Positions 57,992 through 64,000 of a stretch of 64,000 nucleotides of DNA are shown piece by piece; the first letter of the stretch is position 1; each line of letters opens with the position of its first letter. Origin of the DNA: Candidatus Latescibacterota bacterium. GTDB taxonomy: Bacteria > Latescibacterota > UBA2968 > GCA-2709665. The position numbers were made by a program, and so were the translations under genes. The notes under the pieces were generated by a model, which had not been told where the DNA came from, made no database searches, and saw only the letters and a program-made list of their open reading frames with translations. The DNA lies in the NCBI GenBank assembly GCA_965208835.1, contig OZ242358.1, positions 1,600,001-1,664,000 on the forward strand, in the 5' to 3' direction.

Positions 57992-59209
57992 ATGGAAACG
58001 CACGTTGACGAACAGATCCGGGGGTATCGTGCGGCTGTGACGGAGGCCGTGCTGGATGGGGACACGTTCCTCCGGCTCACGATGAGCGGGAAAGTTCGCG
58101 GTCAGCAGACGCCCTGGGTGAAAGTCGTCGCGCGGCCGGTGGCGGCCAGGCGAAAGCGAGGGATTCAGGTCTCGTATTTCAGCGATAAGAAGAACCTGCA
58201 GAAGAACTTCGTAGGCGAGGAGGTCGGCCCCGCTCTTGAGTCGCTGTTGGGGCTTCCCTTCGGCCAGATCCATGTACAATGCACTTCAAGGGACCTGCAC
58301 GTCCGCAGGACGAAGAAGAATCGCGTGCTGATGAGGCACGGCAGACCGTCCCGACCGGACGAAGCGCCCGTCTTCGACCACAATCGCAAAAAGCGGCGCC
58401 TCCTCGAAGGAGAAGGGGCCGGGGAATTGCTACGGGCGATAGGGATTGCGGGCAAACGCGGCGACGTGCTTCCGTCAATGCAGGGCAAGTTCCGGCAGGT
58501 CAACGAGTTTCTCAGGCATCTCCGGCAGATGATCCGTTCGGCGAAGCCGTCGATGCAACGGATACAGATGGTGGATTGCGGTTGCGGCCGCGCTTACCTG
58601 ACTTTTGCCGCGCACGACTATCTGTCCCGGAAGAAGGGCATACCCACGCATCTGACGGGGATCGATCACGATCCGGCAATCGTGGAGACATGCCGCGCGA
58701 TCAGGGACGATCTGCAATTGAGCGGCGTGGATTTTCGCATCTGCGAAATCGCGGAGTACGTTCCGGAAACCGGACCGGATATCGTCTTGAGCCTGCACGC
58801 CTGCGATACGGCCACCGACGAGGCGATCGCCCTGGGAGTGCAACGGGGAAGCAGAATTATCCTTGCTGCGCCGTGCTGCCAGCACGAACTCCGCTCTCAG
58901 CTGGATGCAGACGTTTTCGGTCCGGTGCTACGCCACGGCGTTCTGAAGCAACGCACCGCCGATATTCTGACGGATGCGTTTCGTGCGCAGGCGTTGCGGA
59001 TTATGGGATACCGGACCGACGTTGTGGAATTCGTGGACCCCGAGCGTACGGCAAAGAACCTGATGATCCGTGCGGTGAAGACCGCGCCTCCCGGCGACGA
59101 CGCGGAGGCTGTGGATTCGTATCGGAAGCTCAGGGCGTTCTGGAACGTCTCTCCCAGCATCGAGCGGTTGCTCGGCAAGCCCTTCCAGCGAATGACAGGG
59201 GTTGGCTGA
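57992..59209 (+). CDS. SAM-dependent methyltransferase (Methyltransf_32-like)
   Basis: VDCGCGRAYL, LHACDTATD and APCCQHE. Confidence 0.85.
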   Translation: METHVDEQIRGYRAAVTEAVLDGDTFLRLTMSGKVRGQQTPWVKVVARPVAARRKRGIQVSYFSDKKNLQKNFVGEEVGPALESLLGLPFGQIHVQCTSRDLHVRRTKKNRVLMRHGRPSRPDEAPVFDHNRKKRRLLEGEGAGELLRAIGIAGKRGDVLPSMQGKFRQVNEFLRHLRQMIRSAKPSMQRIQMVDCGCGRAYLTFAAHDYLSRKKGIPTHLTGIDHDPAIVETCRAIRDDLQLSGVDFRICEIAEYVPETGPDIVLSLHACDTATDEAIALGVQRGSRIILAAPCCQHELRSQLDADVFGPVLRHGVLKQRTADILTDAFRAQALRIMGYRTDVVEFVDPERTAKNLMIRAVKTAPPGDDAEAVDSYRKLRAFWNVSPSIERLLGKPFQRMTGVG

Positions 59210-59272
59210 GGTGTTCGCGTCACGGCGAGACCGCGGGCTCAACAACGAGCCGATCAATCATAACAAAGGAGG

Positions 59273-59728
59273 ATGAGGGTCGTGGTTGGCATAATTATGG
59301 GCAGCAAGTCCGATGAACCGATCATGCAGAAAGCGGTCCCCGTTCTGGAAGAACTGGGGATCGCATACGAGATGACCGTATCGTCCGCGCATCGGAATCC
59401 CGATCGGACGGGCGAATACGGGCGCACTGCCGAGGCGCGCGGACTGAAGGTGATTATCGCGGGGGCGGGACTGGCGGCCGCGTTGCCGGGCGTGATGGCG
59501 GCGCACACGACGCTGCCGGTTATCGGCGTGCCGATTGCCTCCGGCGCGCTGAACGGAGTCGATTCGCTCTATGCGATCGTGCAGATGCCGCCGGGAGTAC
59601 CCGTGGGCTGCGTGGGAATCGACAACGCGCGAAACGCGGCCGTGCTGGCCGCGCAGATCGTCGCGCAGACCGATCCGGACGTCAAGGCAAGACTGGAAGC
59701 CTACAAGCAGGCCCTCGCGGCGGGATAG
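59273..59728 (+). CDS. purE: N5-CAIR mutase
   Basis: IMGSKSD, SAHRNP, AGAGLAAALPG and QMPPGVPV. Confidence 0.96.
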   Translation: MRVVVGIIMGSKSDEPIMQKAVPVLEELGIAYEMTVSSAHRNPDRTGEYGRTAEARGLKVIIAGAGLAAALPGVMAAHTTLPVIGVPIASGALNGVDSLYAIVQMPPGVPVGCVGIDNARNAAVLAAQIVAQTDPDVKARLEAYKQALAAG

Positions 59729-59811
59729 CAAGGGTGTCTGGCGGCTCGGGATTTTAGGCGCATGCCGTGAGGTATGCGCCTCTTGTCATTGGAACCATTC
59801 GAGGATTTGCG

Positions 59812-60939
59812 TCAGGCTGGGGACGTAAGGCGGGAGGCGTCGGTCAATTCCCGTACGACGGAGCGTGCATCGCCCGCCTTTTTCAGGATATCCACCTGCC
59901 GCTGCGCCCACGTCGGCCCGGACGCCAGATCCAGAGTCCGTTCGAGATAGGGAACGCAGTCCAGTTCCAGGGCGGTGGGTTTGAGTTGATCGACGAGGCG
60001 CTTGACGAGTTCGCGTGCCGGCTGGGGCTGGTAGGTGTCAGAGTCGACTAGCTGAGCGTCGAGCCCGTACCGGGCCGCGCGCCATTTGTTCTGGCGAATG
60101 AGCATGGGGTGGCAGTCGTGCTGGTACGCGCCGTGGTCGATGTGGTCGGAGAGGTATTTGATGAGCGACTGCATCATGGCCACAAGGCCCAGTGTGTCAT
60201 GAAAGTTACCGGGAATATCGCAGATGCGGATCTCGACCGTACCGAATCTGTTGTGGGGGCGAACGTCCCACCAGATTTCCCTTATCGTCTCGATGTAGCC
60301 CGTTTCCACGAGGTGATTCACCAGCCAGACGTATTCACTCCAGTTTCGCATCAGCGGGGGCAGGCCGGCCGTGGGCAGACCGTCCATGATCTTGGACCGC
60401 CACGAGCAGACACCCGTGTCGCGTCCTTCCCAGAACGGGCTGTTGCAGCTCAGCGCCAGAAGGAGCGGCATGTATCGCAATATGAACTCACAGATCATGA
60501 CTGCCTTGTCGCCGCTGTCCACGCCCACGTGCACGTGCAGACCGAACGTGACGAGTTGACGGGCCGTGTCCTGCAGCAGATCCACCAGGCTTGCGTAGCG
60601 TTTGTTGGGCGTGATTTCCTGTTCCTGCCAGGTGGAAAACGGATGGGTTGCAGACCAGTAGAGCCGCACGCCCTCCCGATCGGCAATGGCCTCCAGCGCG
60701 CACAGCTTCTTCCTGAGGTCCGCCTCGACCTCCTGCAGTGTCATGCAGACATCTGAGTTGATTTCCACGTAACACTGCATCAACTCCGGCTTGATCGTCC
60801 CCTCCAGTTCCGGCGGCACGCGGTCCAGAAGTCTCTGGCTGGCGCTGCACAACGCCATCGTCCGACTGTCAACCAGCGCTAATTCGATTTCCACGCCGAC
60901 CGTGGGTTCGCGGCTGGGGTTGAATTCCATCCGGCTCAT
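59812..60939 (-). CDS. YbdK-family carboxylate-amine ligase (GCS2)
   Basis: TVGVEIE, GLHVHVG, NSPFW, WWDVRP, EIRICD and NKWRAARYG. Confidence 0.9.
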   Translation of the reverse strand: MSRMEFNPSREPTVGVEIELALVDSRTMALCSASQRLLDRVPPELEGTIKPELMQCYVEINSDVCMTLQEVEADLRKKLCALEAIADREGVRLYWSATHPFSTWQEQEITPNKRYASLVDLLQDTARQLVTFGLHVHVGVDSGDKAVMICEFILRYMPLLLALSCNSPFWEGRDTGVCSWRSKIMDGLPTAGLPPLMRNWSEYVWLVNHLVETGYIETIREIWWDVRPHNRFGTVEIRICDIPGNFHDTLGLVAMMQSLIKYLSDHIDHGAYQHDCHPMLIRQNKWRAARYGLDAQLVDSDTYQPQPARELVKRLVDQLKPTALELDCVPYLERTLDLASGPTWAQRQVDILKKAGDARSVVRELTDASRLTSPA

Positions 60940-62165
60940 CGAGTGGCCTCTTTCTCGTATGTTTTCGGTTCCGCCCAGCGCACGACCGCCCGAGCGAGAA
61001 TCTTTGCGCCGATGCCCAGCGCGCGTTCGTCGACGTCGAAATCGGGTGTATGCAGGCCCGTCGTCGTTGTCCCGGGACCCGAGCATCCGAGACGAAACAG
61101 ACTGCCTGGAACGCGGTTTAGATAATGGGCGAAATCATCGCCCCCCATGCTGGGATGACCAATATGGTGGACCCTGTCGGCCCCCAGCAGATCGACCGCG
61201 CACTGACGGATCAGATCGGTCAGGCCAGGATCGTTCAGGACCGAAGGCGGTCCTGATCTGAATGTAATTTCGATTTCCGTTCCGGAAACCCGGGCCACGC
61301 CTTCCGCGACCTCCCGCACACGTTCCATCGCCCGTCCGCGCGCGTCTTCGTCGAGGCTGCGTACGGTGCCCCTCAGCAACGCGCGATCGGGAATCGCATT
61401 GTACCGTTTTCCGGCCGCAATTGAGCCGACCGTAAGGACCACGGTATGCCGCGGGTCGAGCGACCTCGGTACCGCCACGTAAAACGCGTTGATCAACTGG
61501 GCCGCCGCGGCGATGGGATCCCTGGACTCATAGGGTCGGGCCGCATGACCGCCGCTGCCTCTGATCAGCACGTGCATCTCGTCGCAATGCGCCGTGAGAA
61601 CGCCCGATCTATGCCCGATGGTTCCTGCCGGCCTCGAGGGATCCACATGCAGCGCCAGCATTGCGCCCACGCCATCAAGCGCGCCTGCCTCGATCATCTC
61701 CAGCGCGCCCTGGTTGGTCTCTTCCGCAGGCTGAAAAATGGCCCGCCAGGATACGGGCCAGGGCAATATGCCGGATTTTCCGGCGGCGTCGAGCGCGAGT
61801 GCGGCGCCGAGCACCGCTGCCGCATGTGCATCGTGGCCGCAGGCGTGCATCACGCCATGCACAACGCTGCGGTAGTCTACGGCTTTGGCGTCCTGGATGG
61901 GCAGCGCGTCGAGGTCGGCCCTAATGGCGATTTTGGGACCGGACCCGTTTCCGGCGGATTCGGCGATCACCCCCAGGCCGGAGGGACCCGTGCGGACCCG
62001 GAAGCCGTCGGACAGCAACTGTCCTTCCAGGTACCGTGTGGTCTCCGTTTCCTCGCCGCTTACCTCGGGATGGGTATGGAGATGCCGCCTGGTCTTCACC
62101 ATCCGGTCCTGAAACGCGTCGACGGTCCTATCGAGCTGCCGGGGCCACTGATCTTTATCGGTCAT
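60936..62165 (-). CDS. M20D amidohydrolase
   Basis: HPEVSGEE, RADLDALP, MHACGHD, FQPAEE and GGDDF. Confidence 0.92.
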   Translation of the reverse strand: MTDKDQWPRQLDRTVDAFQDRMVKTRRHLHTHPEVSGEETETTRYLEGQLLSDGFRVRTGPSGLGVIAESAGNGSGPKIAIRADLDALPIQDAKAVDYRSVVHGVMHACGHDAHAAAVLGAALALDAAGKSGILPWPVSWRAIFQPAEETNQGALEMIEAGALDGVGAMLALHVDPSRPAGTIGHRSGVLTAHCDEMHVLIRGSGGHAARPYESRDPIAAAAQLINAFYVAVPRSLDPRHTVVLTVGSIAAGKRYNAIPDRALLRGTVRSLDEDARGRAMERVREVAEGVARVSGTEIEITFRSGPPSVLNDPGLTDLIRQCAVDLLGADRVHHIGHPSMGGDDFAHYLNRVPGSLFRLGCSGPGTTTTGLHTPDFDVDERALGIGAKILARAVVRWAEPKTYEKEATR

Positions 62166-62311
62166 ACATGAATTGCTCGTCTGGGAATTGCGCGCGGGCC
62201 ACAGATTGAACCAGTGCGACCTGGGCACCTGGGACGGTGATCCGTTCGCGCGCCTTGACTTCGGGCACGATGGCTCGGCCTCGCCCGCAGGGCGACTCTA
62301 ACTTCGGAATA

Positions 62312-64000
62312 TCAACCCGCGACCTCTTTGGCGATGGCGATGCATTGTGCTGCAAACGTGTCGTAGGCCGCACGGAACTCGGCGCTGGTTTTCTGCACGG
62401 AGCCGAAATCAGGCCAGTCGCCGGGTTCCAGTCCCCGTGTCTGCCAGCCGGCGACGTCGATGTCCACCACGTTCTGGAGAAAGCCTTTGAGAGAGGGCGT
62501 CAGGTCGTAGCCGCGACAGAAATCCGGCAGTTCACGCAGGCGCTGGTCCACGCCGGGTTCGTAGGTGTCCAGCACCGCGTCCCTGAAGTCTTCGAGATTG
62601 AACCCCTCCGCTTCGGAAGCGACCTGAACGGCTCTCGCGTGGTTCGGAAACTCGGTGTTGCACATGTTGGACGCGCCCAGCGTGTGGAACGAGTCGTCGG
62701 GAATGCGCTTGGAGGCCGGAAGTACGTCCATGGAATCCACGATCCACAGCGCCTGATCGTGCGTAACGCCGTACGTCTTTTTCAGATGTTCGACCCATTT
62801 CGGCCGGTTTTCCGGACTGAAGAAGATCCGGTAAACGCGGCGGGCAACCAGCGTGCCCGCTTTTTTCAGGTCGTCTTCCAGAAGCCGGATGGCGTCAGCG
62901 GACTGGCCCGCGGCTTCGGCAGCCTCCAGGACGATGGGGTGGTCGAGGGTTTTAAGGTGCGCGTACGCGCAGACCTCCCGGGCCGTGTCGGCCAGAGATC
63001 CACCGGCCGAGTCTTCAGCACCCAGGTCGGCGGCCAGGGCGCCAATGAGCTCGCTCGCCTTGCCTTCGCCGGCCCTTGCCGCAGCGGCGAGGAAGATCTT
63101 CTCGGCTTCGACTTCCCGCAAGTGACTCACGAACCGGCCGCCCATGTTGGTTTCGTAGGTACGCACGACCTGTTCGCCCGCGGCGGCGGCACGGGCTTTC
63201 CCCTCGAACGCGTCAAGTATCAGCTGGACTTCCTGGGCCACGGTATAGACCACGGTGTTATTGGAGCCGATCGCATTGCCGTTGAGCGTCGTCGTGATTT
63301 TACGCGCGGCCTCGTGGCTTGCGGCGACTTTGAAGACAATGTTCGGGTTGATACGACCGGAACGGTCCCCCAGACCCAGCAGGCGGTCGTATCGTTCAAG
63401 AAAGTCGGAGGCCAGCCCGTAGGCATTTCGCGCATCTTCAATGCTCTCATCGGCCTGGTCCGCGATGTTGGGATTGAGTTGGAAGCTGACCATATAGTCC
63501 CTGAGCTCCGTATGCACCGCAAGCGGGCGGAAGATGGACAGATTGGGCCAGAGGGCGATGAGGGTGGCGGCCATGGCGATTTCATCGGCGTGCGCCTCGG
63601 GGTCCTGCTTCCAATCGTCGTGCTTGTCGATTTCAACCTTGAGTTGCTCGGCGAGTGAACCGTCTTCGTCGAAGGCCTTGGCCGCCAGCACGGGGTTGGT
63701 GGACACCTGGCAGAATCCGTAGTGGCGCAGGTATTCCAGGCCGCGCGCAAAGTCGTTGCCGAATTTGCAGTAGTCCTCGCCAATCATCCTCCAGTAGACA
63801 CCGCCGCGCATCTGGCTCTTGAGCAGCGTCAGAAACGAACGGCCAGGGCTTGCGTTATTCAGGTCCGCTTCGATGCGTTCCGCCAGAAGGCCCGAGAGGC
63901 TGTCACTCAGGTTGACTGACTTCATGTCGTCCAGGAATTCAGCCACCACGTCCGCCATAATGGCGCCTTCAAGATCATCGATGGCGGCCAGGACCTGTTC
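62312..64000 (-). CDS. Transaldolase-family protein (long form), 5'-truncated by window edge
   Basis: STNP motif and FKVA Schiff-base Lys. The frame stays open upstream of 63958 to the window edge (EQVLAAIDDLEGAI). Confidence 0.7.
   Translation of the reverse strand, partial: EQVLAAIDDLEGAIMADVVAEFLDDMKSVNLSDSLSGLLAERIEADLNNASPGRSFLTLLKSQMRGGVYWRMIGEDYCKFGNDFARGLEYLRHYGFCQVSTNPVLAAKAFDEDGSLAEQLKVEIDKHDDWKQDPEAHADEIAMAATLIALWPNLSIFRPLAVHTELRDYMVSFQLNPNIADQADESIEDARNAYGLASDFLERYDRLLGLGDRSGRINPNIVFKVAASHEAARKITTTLNGNAIGSNNTVVYTVAQEVQLILDAFEGKARAAAAGEQVVRTYETNMGGRFVSHLREVEAEKIFLAAAARAGEGKASELIGALAADLGAEDSAGGSLADTAREVCAYAHLKTLDHPIVLEAAEAAGQSADAIRLLEDDLKKAGTLVARRVYRIFFSPENRPKWVEHLKKTYGVTHDQALWIVDSMDVLPASKRIPDDSFHTLGASNMCNTEFPNHARAVQVASEAEGFNLEDFRDAVLDTYEPGVDQRLRELPDFCRGYDLTPSLKGFLQNVVDIDVAGWQTRGLEPGDWPDFGSVQKTSAEFRAAYDTFAAQCIAIAKEVAG

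Overview
GC-rich bacterial chromosomal window, gene-dense and mostly core or metabolic: purF/purD/purE, pyrH-like kinase, rnr, groES-groEL with a perfect CIRCE, moeB/Z-mrp-iscS, ftsY, parAB, ppdK, rpsT, hpf and tRNA-Lys(TTT). The GWxTD protein and the many Gfo/Idh/MocA and PhyH enzymes suggest a Latescibacterota/Gemmatimonadota-like lineage (inference only). The accessory content is as follows. (1) A probable operon of two paralogous Fe(II)/2OG PhyH-type enzymes, one canonical (H-R-D) and one with a halogenase-like H-S-G motif, followed by a cobalt nitrile hydratase (beta, alpha, accessory). (2) A B12-binding radical SAM gene behind a structured leader that ends in a terminator. (3) A CysO/Mec/CysM sulfur-carrier cysteine cluster with Rrf2-cysK, interrupted by higBA. 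(4) A Ni-SOD with a signal peptide. (5) An SLBB / beta-hairpin-repeat / CAP lipoprotein. The intergenic DNA holds several families of small non-coding repeats and no transposase is present. These include a four-copy element with a conserved ~70-nt core between inverted heptamer arrays, a ~196-bp TTAA-bounded element whose ends coincide with stop codons and a translation start, several MITE-like elements, and GTAG REPs. No CRISPR array, rRNA or prophage was seen. All calls were made by eye from motifs, without database searches.
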